Below, in pieces: positions 22,201-35,983 of a stretch of 60,000 bases of DNA. Numbering within the stretch: the first letter of the stretch is position 1; each line of letters begins with the position of its first letter. This DNA comes from Felis catus (taxonomy: Eukaryota): positions 13,518,001 through 13,578,000 of the forward strand of contig NC_058369.1 in the NCBI RefSeq assembly GCF_018350175.1. Direction: 5' to 3'. Made by a program: the position numbers and the translations under genes. The notes under the pieces are model-generated. The model saw only the letters and a list, made by a program, of their open reading frames with translations, searched no databases and was not told the DNA's origin.

Positions 22201-24310
22201 CGTTCGCTGTCTCTCAAAAAATGAATAAACATCAAAAAAAAAAAAAAAAAATCAAAACCCAAACCAAAGCCTTTTATGACCTAACCAGGGACATAAGCGG
22301 TGTCCCCAAGGAGGGCACAAAAGTTCATTCTTCCCAAGATCCAGAGCCACTCTCAAAGACAGCCAACAGGACAGACATTCTCCAGAGAGCTGGCAACGAC
22401 CCTAACCACAAATGGGGTGCGACCCACGTTTCTGGCTGGCGTTCTCAGGGCTCCTGACCTGATGGTTGGTCCCCTGCAGCACCCAGACCTGACAACAGGC
22501 AGGCAGAAAGCCAAGCCAAGCTTTCAGCCCACAAAAGGGGACAAACAGGAAAACAGCTGGGAGGGAGGGATTAACAAGCGGGTACCCAAAACCAGAAAGT
22601 TTTTGAAGTTTATTTTTATTATTTATTTTTTTTGAAACAGACAGATACAGAGCAAGCGGAGGAGAGACAGAGAGAGGGAGACAGAGGATCGCAAGAGGGC
22701 TCCAGGCAATCAGAGCAGAGCTGAACTGAACGTGGGGCCCGAACCGGGAGATCACGACCAGAGCCAAAACTGAGATACTTAACCGACTGAGGCCCCGCCA
22801 GGCGCCCTTCAAAACCCAATTTACAAGAGTCACGCAGAATCCAAAGAGCTAGTCCTTCCGAATGCTTTCCTCTCGCCAATCGGAACCCAGAAGGGAACAA
22901 AGAGAAATTTTTAGCATCCTCTCCCCACCAGGCACTAGAGCCAGAGAGCCGGAAGACAAAGGAGGTAAGAAATCTTACCTGCTGCTGGCTTCATCGGGCC
23001 CCGGGACCTCCCAACTGCAGACCCAGAGCCAACGGAGTCCCAGCCAATGTTACACCATCCTGGTTACCAAGCAGGACAGCCTCCGGCCGAGACTAACACC
23101 AAGCAGATTAAAAGCACGTGGATTTTATTTACACACACGTGGGAGCCCTTATGAGAAAAAGGAAGACTCGAGAAATAATTAGGCCCAAGTGCTTCTTTAC
23201 TAGGTTGAACACAGGGAGGCAATGATGGAAAAGCAACTAAAGTATATAGGGATGAGCCGCTCAGACGCCCTTTTCTATGAAATTATTCATTGATCTCCCA
23301 TTGTCTCTCAGCCAGCAACTAGGAATCTTCCGATAGAAATGATCAAAAGGTCAGACCATAAAGCCAAATTCCCAGACTCTCACACCCCCAATGCAGGTGA
23401 CAATATCCATCAGAAAGGCATCAAAAGCAAAGCACACATCTATAGAGAGGAGAACAAAGGCGAGAACAATAAACAGTGAAATTATCTTACCCCTTGGGAA
23501 TCATCACAACTGTAGCCACCATGAAATGTACTTGTCTATTGACAAAGCCTACCTGACTCTGTCCTGTGAACAGTGTGATGTTTTCCCCACCTTTGGGCCA
23601 TTTTGGAGGTTTTTCCACCAAGATGCAGTAAAATCTAGTGCCTGGAATACCAGGCTGTGGCACTTGACAGCAATAGGGAGTGCCAAAGGACAATTTTCCA
23701 AAAAAAAAAAAAAAAAAAAAAAGATAAAATCACAACTCTCCTACAGATTAAAAAAAATGAGCACATGTTAAAAATTATTAACTCATTTTTTTAAAGCACG
23801 GGAAATTGTACATTTTTTAATGTTTTTATTTTATTTTATTTTTGAGAGAGAGAGACAGAGTGCAAGTGGGGAAGGGGCAGAGAGAGAGAGAGGAAGACAC
23901 AGAACCTGAAGCCGGCTCCAGGCTCTGAGCTGAGGTGCCGACACAGAGCCTGACTTGGGCCTGACTCTGGGCGGGAGCTCACAGACCGTGCGATCATGAC
24001 CTGAGCTGAAGTCAGACACTCAACCGACTGAGCCACCCAGGCACCCCATCTTAACTCATTATTAATGAGGAGAACCGGTCAGATGTTAAAACCATTTCAG
24101 AGGGGATCCAAACAAGAAGCAAATTAGGAATAGTAAAATAAATGTGCAAATGAATGGAACAAAGATTAGGGGAAGTGTCTCTCCACCTGGCTGAATTCAT
24201 TTGCATGTCTTGAAGCAAAAATTATTTTTCCCTGTAATCATGTAACTACAGAGTTTATAAAAAATCTTCCATAGAAATCAAAATCAGAAACCCCTGAAGG
24301 GTTTAAAAAA
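19260..24310 (-). mobile_element. Degraded ERV1-type (MER34/MER39-like) proviral remnant fragmented by SINEs; LTR-like part at about 23070-23260
   Basis: AT-rich non-coding backbone. On the minus strand: AATAAA (23124-23129), a PBS-like TGGTAACCAGGATGG (23055-23069) and a major splice donor CAG|GTAAGA (~22974-22980). The family name is from recalled consensus only. Confidence 0.5.
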
Positions 24311-24654
24311 CATTTTTTTTAATTTAGATTTTTTTTAAATTTTTTTTTCAACGTTTATTTATTTTTGGGACAGAGAGAGACAGAGCATGAACGGGGGAGG
24401 GGCAGAGAGAGAGGGAGACACAGAATCAGAAACAGGCTCCAGGCTCTGAGCCATCAGCTCAGAGCCTGACACGGGGCTCGAACTCACGGACCGCAAGATC
24501 GTGACCTGGCTGAAGTCGGACGGTTAACCGACTGTGCCACCCAGGCGCCTCTAGATTTTATTTTTAAGTAATCTCCACAAAGTGGGGCTCAAACTCACAG
24601 CCCGAAGTTCGAGAGCCATATGCTCCACCAACTGAGCCAGCCAGCGCCCCAATA

Positions 24655-25407
24655 ATTTTTTTATTGTATAGGGGCATATAGCAAAATAGTTTAGTTGTTG
24701 CAGACCACAGTCTTTGTTGCGACGCCTCATTGTAGTGAGGGTAGACAATACAGAAACAGAATGAGCATGTCTCTGTTCCAATAGAATTTTATTTACGGAT
24801 CCAGAAATTTGATTTTCGTGTAATTTTCATGTTACGGAATCTTATTTTGATTTGTTTCCCCAACCATTTGTAAACTGAGAAAAGGAGGTGAAAAGGAACT
24901 GAAAAGGAACAAAGGCTTTAATCCGGGGTCCCAGAATCACACTTCAGGAAGCACAGATTCCTGAGTAACCAGAAATGGGGGAAGCAAACGGATTTTATGA
25001 GAAAGAAGAAAACGGTAATTACATGATTTAGATAAAGGAGAAAAAAAAAACCTGCTAATTTGGTGCTGATCAGTTGAGTCACTTCTGATTACTGTTGTCA
25101 TTTTATTGGTGCGATCAAATGAAACTGTCCCTGGTATTTATTAATTTACTTTCTCCATATGATCCGAATGCCAATTACTCTTAAAAATTTTATGAGCAAC
25201 TGCTTGTAAAAGATTGCTGTCCAGCCCAGCTCAAGAGTTCATTAGTTGCAAAGTAAAATGGAGCTTCAAAACGGATTCTCTCGGGTCCAGAAATTTTATT
25301 TCAACTATTTCACACACTTAAAAAAATGTAAGAAACATTTTTAGCTCGCGAGCCTCACAAAAACAGCGATAGGATTTGGCCCACAGGCCACAGTTTGCGA
25401 CACCCTG
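24655..25407 (+). mobile_element. MER58B-like hAT-Charlie DNA transposon interrupted by a solo LTR
   Basis: Matches recalled MER58B segments 'ctgttccaata..ttttatttacgga..gaaatttga' and 'ttagctcgcg...ggatttggccc..ggcc..agtttgc..accctg'. Confidence 0.7.
24869..25316. mobile_element. Solo LTR (~440 bp) nested in MER58B
   Basis: Interrupts the MER58B consensus at 'caaccatt'; TG...CA-like ends; LTR-like composition. Confidence 0.5.
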
Positions 25408-25619
25408 GCTCCTTCTAAGTCACAGCTTTCCACTGAAACTCCTATTTCCCCCTACAGGAACACGGGAGGTAAAATAGAGATATAATTGTTTGTATAACTG
25501 CTGGGAAATAAATGAATGCATGTAATGTGCCCAGAACGGTGCCTAACGTTTTAATTGTTATTATTCTGGAACTGAGGTCAGATACCCAGCTAAAGTCAGG
25601 ACCAAGGTCAATGTCCGGA

Positions 25620-26227
25620 TCAGCCTCCAACTGGGCCGCGCGCGTTATCAGAACTGTATCTCTCCCCCAGTTCCGTGAGTCTCTGCGGGATTAGACTTCT
25701 GCCGCGGGAGCGGTCGTGGTCACGGGTCGCATTCCTTTTCAGGAATTCCGGGAGAATCTGAGAACCTGGAGGGCAACTAAAAAGGAGAACAAAATTGACC
25801 ATCTCAACGCAGGAGGCGGGACAACCGGTAGTGAGTCGCCGGCATACCGCTGGTCTGTGATTGGCCAGCGCAGTAGTGGGCTGGTCGGTAAGAGTGTGGC
25901 GACGGCTGTCCATTGGTCAGCGCAGAAAGGGGCGGGGAAACAAGGGACAGTCAGCCTTTGATATGCGTGTTGCAGTGAGACGCCTATTTGCGATTGGTCC
26001 GTTAGGTGCGGAAGGCAATGACTGGCTTCATTCGGCGATCGGCCCGGGGATGGGACGCCGGTCTTTTATTGGCTAATACCTCTCGAGGCCCGCAAAATTG
26101 AGCCACCTGCTGTCAGTGATTGACTGGCGAGGACTGGGGCGGGCGTGCAGAAAGCGAAGACAGAGTGCGATTGGCCAGCACCGGGAGGGCGGCGATCCCG
26201 GCGCGGGTTCCAGAGTAGCGGCGGGCT
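25620..26227 (+). promoter_or_regulatory. MPV17L2: MPV17L2 CpG-island promoter with five inverted CCAAT boxes and GC boxes
   Basis: ATTGG at 25860, 25912, 25993, 26068 and 26170; GGGGCGG at ~25929 and ~26136. Confidence 0.7.
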
Positions 26228-28333
26228 ATGGCTTCCGGCGGCAGGCGCTGGCTGCGCGGTCTGTGGGCCGTGGGGCAGCCCCTGTTCCAAGGTCGTGCGC
26301 TGCTCGTCACCAACACGCTGGGCTGCGGTGCTCTCATGGCGGCCGGGGACGGCGTACGCCAATCCTGGGAGGTCCGCGCCCGGCCTGGCCAGAAATTCGA
26401 CCCGCGGCGCTCAGGTGAGGAGGCCGGCGCTATACTGGCCCCTGGCCCCGGAGGATCTTTGGCCCCAACCTCAGATTTGGAGATCCCTGACCCGTGGCCC
26501 TAATTCCCGGCAGGACCCTTGAACTTGGCGTGCACCCGAGACCCTCAAAACCCACCCTCAGGTCTCCACCTCGGGGTCTCTGTCCCGTCCCCACTCCAGG
26601 TCTCCCATCTCCTCCTACTTCCTGGTCCCTGCCTCCTCCCATATCCAGTTTCTGTCCACTTCCACCCGCCAGGCCTCGTCCCCACTCATCCCCTTGTCAG
26701 CTTCCCTCCCTTCTGCACAGAGACCAAACCGCACCCAGGGTAGTCGAGAGCTCAGCCTCCGGACCCAGTCAGCCTGGGATTGTGCCCTGGCCCCACGCTT
26801 CCCAACCCGCTGTGCTTGTTTCCTCGTCCGGAGAGCAGGGCAGCGGTAGAACCTGCTCAGAGGGTGGTGAAGGGGATGAGAGAAAACGGGAGAGGAGCCA
26901 CTGGGACGGTGCCTGGCAGTGGGGCTTGTAATGGAAGATCGTACGGCTGGGCTCAGGGAGAGCTTCAGGTTAATCAGAGAGGGAGGTTAACCAGGGAGGG
27001 AATGGATGGGGGGATTTGCTTGCCTGACGTGCCCTCCCCCCCCCCCCCCGACTCTTGGACTGCTCTCAGCTAGCATGTTTGCAGTGGGCTGCAGTATGGG
27101 CCCCTTCCTGCACTACTGGTACCTCTGGCTGGACCACCTGCTCCCAGCGTCCGGCCTCCGTGGCCTCCCAAACGTCCTCAGGAAGGTCCTCATCGACCAG
27201 CTGGTGGCCTCTCCCATGCTAGGCGTCTGGTACTTCTTAGGTAAGGAGCCTTGTGAGCTTGGGCTTTGCCCCTCCATACGTCAGGAGGGGCATAGCCAGC
27301 TTTGTGTTTAGAAGGATGCTGAGGTGCCTTTCTGACGTGCTCTTCTGTGAGTGGCTCGGGCCTGGGTGCTGTGTCCCAGTGGTAACAGGACAGACCCGTC
27401 GGGGGCAGGTATGAACGGCAGAATCAGACAATGATCCTTAGTGTAGGAGGGATGAGGACAGGATCAGGTGGGCCCAAGGCAATGGTTGGGAGGGCTGCCC
27501 AAAGGGGAGGACACTCAGCTGAGACCTGAAGGAGCCAGCAGACATGAAGAACTGCCCGTGTAAAGGCCCTGGGGCTGAAGGAAGAGTTGCTGGGGCTGGG
27601 GCTGATGTTGATGGGGTGCAGGGGGTTGATGTTGATGGGGTGCAGTCATCCAGCCCTTGACTCTAGGATGAGTTTCCCCCATCCTCCCCACCCCTTCCCC
27701 CCAGGCTGTTTCCTCTGTGGAAGGCAGGAAATAAAACAGCCTCAGGAAAGGGTGCATTTTCATCCTTTGGGGTGCGTGTTTATTTATAACCTCTCCCTCC
27801 CTGGAACCGACTTGTTCTCCGCCCCAGCCACTCGGCTGTGTGTGGCCCTTCCCGCCACAAGGCTTTTAAAACATGGTCTGTCTGCCGGGGACACTGGCCT
27901 TCAGGGCTCCTGCCCCATCTACTCTATCACCGGTACTCCCCAGCCTCTGACACTCCCATTTTTTGGTTTCCTTCCCAGGCCTTGGCTGCCTGGAGGGCCA
28001 AACCCTGGATGAGAGCTGCCAGGAGCTGCGGGACAAGTTCTGGGAATTCTACAAGGTGGGCAACGCCCACCCCCTCGGGCCCCGCCCTTCCCTCGCGGCC
28101 ACGCCCTCAAGGCCCTGCCCCTGACCACACTCCGCCCCTCCCCTCAGGCCGACTGGTGCGTTTGGCCAGCCGCGCAGCTGGTGAACTTTCTCTTCGTGCC
28201 CAGCCAGTTCCGAGTCACCTACATCAATGGCCTGACGCTGGGCTGGGACACGTACCTCTCCTACCTGAAGTACCGGGTGAGCACGGTGGGTGCACCAGGC
28301 ACCCAGGGGACTCCTCAGGGGCCACACGTGTGA
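26228..28333 (+). CDS. MPV17L2: MPV17-like protein 2 (mitochondrial inner membrane). Exons 26228-26414, 27070-27240, 27979-28055, 28148-28276, probably continuing by read-through to TGA at 28331-28333 (206 aa)
   Basis: [89 protein letters not shown] (Mpv17/PMP22 family). ATTAAA at 28734-28739. The C-terminus is uncertain. Confidence 0.9.
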
Positions 28334-28804
28334 ACCCCCAACGGCAATGCATCTGCTCTCCACGGTGAGGTCCTCCTGTGCCTGTGACAGTCCACAAACC
28401 ACAGTAGGTGGGTGGGGAGCTGATCACCAGCAGGGTAAAGACCGAGCCCCTCTCTGCTGTTTGATGTGACCTTGGCCAGGTCCCTGCTGAGTCTTTCCCG
28501 CAAGATTGAGCCCAGCCACAAGACTGGAGGATGAGGGCTCACTTGGCGACGAGGAGTCCAGAGGGGTGTGTGACCAGACCTTCTTGCACGGACGGACCCT
28601 GGGCCCAAGGTGGGGACACAGCCCATGCCCTTAGAGCAGGGCCGAGCCTGGAGTTGACCTCCAGAATCTGGGGCCTTAGGCGGGGCCGAGTGGCCTCCAG
28701 TATCCTGCTCGGGTCACGGGCTGTGGAAATTCTATTAAATTATCTTGTCATTGAAATTGCTGTGGATGACCAAGGCCACCGTTGGCAGGCCGGCACTCAT
28801 AGGG

Positions 28805-29474
28805 ACATGGCGTCATCCATTCACTTTATTGGGTGTGTGCAGTGTGGTCATGACATCTCCTGGGGATCCAAGGGGCACGTTTGACACTCATGACGTCCGA
28901 GCAGGTCTGGTGTTTCCGGGGGGGGGGGGGTCCCAGGGTGGCGAGTACCCACAGCAGCCCTCACCTCTAAAAAAGGGTAAAACTTTGGGGGTGAGGAGCC
29001 AGGTGGGTCACTGCCTGGCTCTGATCCACCCCATGGTCCATGCTGAGACCCCCACCCCCCCCAGAGTGGCCTTGGCCCAGCGAGTCACAGCCAAGAGGCT
29101 GGCCAACCAGACTACCTCCCATCACCCAATGAGCCTGCCCTGGGGTGTCATCGGGCCCCCTCTTCAAAACCAGTAATTCTCGATGGGGGGTGAATTTTAA
29201 AAAAGGTGGGGTCTTGAGAGGAGGGGAAGCGGTGAGTTCACAGGGCCACGACACGCCACGGCAGAGTGGGGACAGGGCTGTATGTACAGGGTGGGACGTG
29301 GGATGGGCAGGGAGCCCGTGCCCCTGGAGGACATCTCCAATAAATAAATAAATAACTACAATAATAAATAAGGGTGAGGGGCCAAGTGGGGGCAGAGGTC
29401 TCGCGCCCTCGGCCAGTGGGGGCTGGATCAGGCCCGGGGGGGTGGGGAGGGCGGGGGTGGGGGCAGGGCAGCTC
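28805..29474 (-). other. RAB3A: RAB3A 3'UTR with AU-rich element (29338-29371) and AATAAA (minus strand, 28825-28830)
   Basis: tttatt on the plus strand at 28825; overlapping ATTTA repeats on the minus strand. Confidence 0.75.
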
Positions 29475-32723
<3,249 letters not shown>

Positions 32724-33104
32724 CTGGGTGTGTGGGGTGTAGGTGAGGTTGAGGAGTCCCCTTCCACCACCAACTGCCTAAGCCCCAGGCACAGGGTGCA
32801 GAGAACTCCAGAGCTCTTGAGGGGGACTAGTGTTTTGAGATTACCCTTATCTCATTAGAAGCCCCAGTGCTAATGGTGGGGCCGTGGCAAAGGACTGCGT
32901 GACCTTGAAAGGCCGGAAGTGTCAGAGGAGGAGCTCAGAGAGGTGGGGGTAGGGACACCCCAGCAAGCCCCTCCAGCACGCCCTCGGCCCAGGTCCCAGG
33001 TCCGACTGTAATCCTAAACCCTAAGGCTAGGTGGGTAGGGGTGACTGCAGCCGGCCCCGCCCCCCATCAATCATTCATGTTCCTCAGAACGGAGCTGCTC
33101 AGGC

Positions 33105-33650
33105 GCACGTGCACACGCGTGTACGATCCCGCGGGGATGCGAGTCGCAGCACCCCCTTCCCCTAGACTCCCAAGATAGGAGAGATCGGGCTAAAGCAGCT
33201 GGTCATGTGACAGGCACGGGGCGTGCACACGTTCACGTGCACGCAGCAGGGAACACAGCCGTACACGCGTGTGCACATGAGAGTCGAATACACTCGATGC
33301 ACAGGAAAGAGACGCAGACACTTGTCTGCACACCAACACGCATATACAAATGTGACAAGCCCACCCGTGCGCGGGACGCCCTCCACCCATGCAGGCGTGT
33401 ACACGTCACCCACGCGGGCACGCATTCCAGTGCACGTATGGACACGGCGTGCACGTACATCACAGTCCATGCGTCTCCTTCCACACGCGTGCAGCACGCA
33501 CTCACGGGAGTCGGGACACCCACAGGGTCACACGAGCATACCCTGGTACATAAGCAAAAGGGTATGCACACAAACCCGCCGGCACAGGCGGGCGCGCACA
33601 CGTGTGTTCACACCACGCGCACGCGCACGCACAGAACCTCCCGCGCGCAA
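33105..33650. repeat. Degenerate alternating purine-pyrimidine (CA/CG/TA) low-complexity region in RAB3A intron 1
   Basis: Many runs such as gcacgtgcacacgcgtgtac and acgcgcacgcgcacgcac. Confidence 0.7.
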
Positions 33651-33900
33651 AGCTTCCCGCAAGGCACTCGCCTCCCCTCCCCCTCCGCCGCAGAGGCCGA
33701 GGGTGGGGGGTGGGGGGTGGGGGTGAGATTCCGGCAGGTAGGAGGAACCAGGGCCCTACCCTTACAAGGGCTGTGATCGCCGCACCCTTCTTCCCATTTG
33801 ACCCTAGCCAACCTCGTCCCCTACCCTGCAAGCCCATCAGTCAAATGAAGGTTATGGAGGTGTTCGCTGAGGCGGCGAACCAGGCCGCCCGGGAACTCAC

Positions 33901-34060
33901 CTTGCCCTGCACCGATGCGGTGGTGACCCTAGCGATGGCGACTTTTCGGCAGCTGTGGTAACAGGGCCCCCGTGAGTTGATATGGGGCTGCGCGACAGGG
34001 GCAGCGGCGGCGGCAGCAGCGGCTCAGGCCCCTGCAGTCCGCGGTGACGTCCTGCAAAGA
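33901..34060 (-). other. RAB3A: RAB3A non-coding exon 1 (5' end approximate)
   Basis: Donor CAAG|GTGAGT at 33901/33900; CpG island; splices directly onto the ATG-starting exon 2. Confidence 0.8.
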
Positions 34061-34280
34061 GTGAGGCGGGGCCTCATATGCAGATGTAGCCGTGACGCCA
34101 TCCTGGGGCGGAGCCGCGCTTGGAGAAGTAGCCCACTGACGCACACAGAGCCAGGGGGCGGGGCTCCCACGCAGATTAACCCACGAACGGGGCGGGGACC
34201 AGTGTGCTCAGCCAGTAGCGCGCGGGGGCGGTGCCTACCTGCTCCGCCCCCTGCTTGCGTCATGGAGGCGGGGGCGAGTA
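34040..34280 (-). promoter_or_regulatory. RAB3A: RAB3A promoter with three CRE half/near sites and several GC boxes
   Basis: TGACGTCC ~34045, TGACGCCA ~34093, TGACGCAC ~34137; GGCGGGG repeats. Confidence 0.65.
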
Positions 34281-34869
34281 GCGTCCTGTCACTGGCTCAA
34301 GCTCCGGAGCGACGGACTGAATAGCCGATCAGAGATAATCACCTTTCTGCTCTTGTCCAATAATGGTTCCCATATGGTTGCAGGGATGAGAGGTTGAGGC
34401 CTTCCTTTGCTAAGCCTGGGTCTTCAGGGGGCGTTCCCGTTCCCCGCCCCCGCCCCCGCCCGCCTTTGGCCTGAGACTTCAGCGGACCGCGACCTCTTGT
34501 TAAAAACACTCTATTCCCAATTTCAGAAAAGAGGAGCAGACATCCGAGAGATGCTCCATGTCCCCTATTTATGGGGTTCAAAATAAGTACAAATGAAGAA
34601 AAAGCGGAGATAGGGGTCAAGAGAGACCGATTTCCGAGGTGTAAGATCCCCAGAGAGGACCGGGCTGGTAGATGCCCGATCCCGTTTCTGAGATGAAAAA
34701 GAAGAAAGAAGACATAGGGATCAAGAGAACCACTTCCTAGAAAAGAAGGAAGGGGCTGACACTACAGGAACCCCTCCTCTCCCTGCGCCCCACTTTCCGG
34801 AGAAAAATTCGAAGACCGTGCTGAAGTGGGGCAGAGAAACGGCCTACCTCCTAAATGCCCAAAGCCTGC

Positions 34870-34903
<34 letters not shown>

Positions 34904-35739
34904 AAGAAACCAGGAAACAGGGAGGGTCTGAGCGAGGTTCAAAGACCCAGCCATAAAGATGGGGCTGGAAGATGCTTTACCCGTGCCTGGTCACTGACTT
35001 AGACAGGGGACCCACTCCCTCCATCTGGGGAAAGAAGACTCAAGAGATTGGAGACTTTGGGGGCTGAGCTGCTCACTTATCCTCCCAAATCTTGAGGGGG
35101 AAATGTCAGAATTGGGGGGGGGGGCAGGAGGACAAGACCCTTTCCCCCGTTTTGGATTCCTGCCCCTCACCTCCGGCCCCCAGACCCGGCAGGAGGAGCG
35201 TGGCCCCAAGAGAATCCTGATTGTTTGATTCCTCCCCGGGCGCTGATGGAGGGGATGGCAGGGGGTGGGTTTCGTCCTGTTTATAAAAAGCTTGCCAGCT
35301 GCGGAGGCGCCTAAAGACCAGAATAACTTAGCGCCTGGAGCCGCCCCCCCCCCTCCCCCGCCCCCTGGAAGTTCGGGGCGTCCCTCGCGTTCCGCTGGCA
35401 TTTATTTTTATTAAGGGTAACATTTTTGTCCCTCTCCTCCAATCGCACTATAAAAGTATTACGAACCTACTGCGGAGAGTTGGGAAATTCAGAAAAGCAT
35501 AAAAAAAAAAAATAAACAAAAATAAATTTACCCCCAATCTCCCCCACCCCCAGACCGGCAGTCAGTGGGGCCCCAAGCGCGCTGGGACAGGAACCGGCCC
35601 ACACCCCCGGCGGAGGTAAGGACGCGTGAGGCTTCTTGGCTCCCTGACCTCCCGAGCGCTTGCTCTGGGCTTTGTACGTGGGTGGCGCTCAGAAATAGCC
35701 CACAACACTGTGTACCAGCGTCTGCACAGAGGAATTTGT

Positions 35740-35983
35740 GTTTTATTTTATTTTATTTTATTTGTATTTATTTTTATTTTTTCATGTTTATTTCTTTTTG
35801 AGAGAGGGAGGGACAGAGCGTGAGCAGGGGAGGGACAGAGAGAGGGAGACACAGAATCCGAAACAGGCTCCAGGCTCTGAGCTGTCAGCACAGAGAAAGA
35901 CGCGGACCTCGAACTCACGGACCGCGAGATCCTGACCTGAGCCGAAGTCGGCCGCTTAACCGACTGAGCCACCCAGGCGCCCC
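35740..35983 (-). mobile_element. Can-SINE
   Basis: Full element; TSD ggaatttgt. Confidence 0.9.

Larger units (their letters stand above)
17424..24650. mobile_element. Dense Can-SINE cluster, about 17 copies: 17424-17625+, 17695-17894-, 18457-18680+, 18690-18880-, 19013-19230+, 19430-19543-, 19550-19784-, 20117-20345+, 20359-20503+, 20710-20870+, 20874-21110+, 21284-21400+, 21660-21885+, 22037-22252+, 22600-22808-, 23815-24047-, 24320-24549-, 24555-24650-
   Basis: Repeated ggggcgcctgggtggc(t/g)cagtcggttaagcgtccgact heads, CT tracts and A tails. Target-site duplications are visible, e.g. aatctggagct, aagaataataataatga, tcaaaacccaaacc. Coordinates are approximate. Confidence 0.9.

Noticed and set aside
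23391..23771. 126-aa ORF in the ERV-like block as a retroviral gene
   Set aside because: No gag, pol or env motifs; it runs into an A-tract.
17424..24650. Repeated units resembling a CRISPR array or tRNA genes
   Set aside because: They are dispersed tRNA-derived Can-SINEs with CT tracts, A tails and TSDs; no repeat-spacer regularity or cloverleaf.
34870..34905. 30-nt poly(A) run as the tail of a processed pseudogene
   Set aside because: No recognisable mRNA body or target-site duplication upstream.
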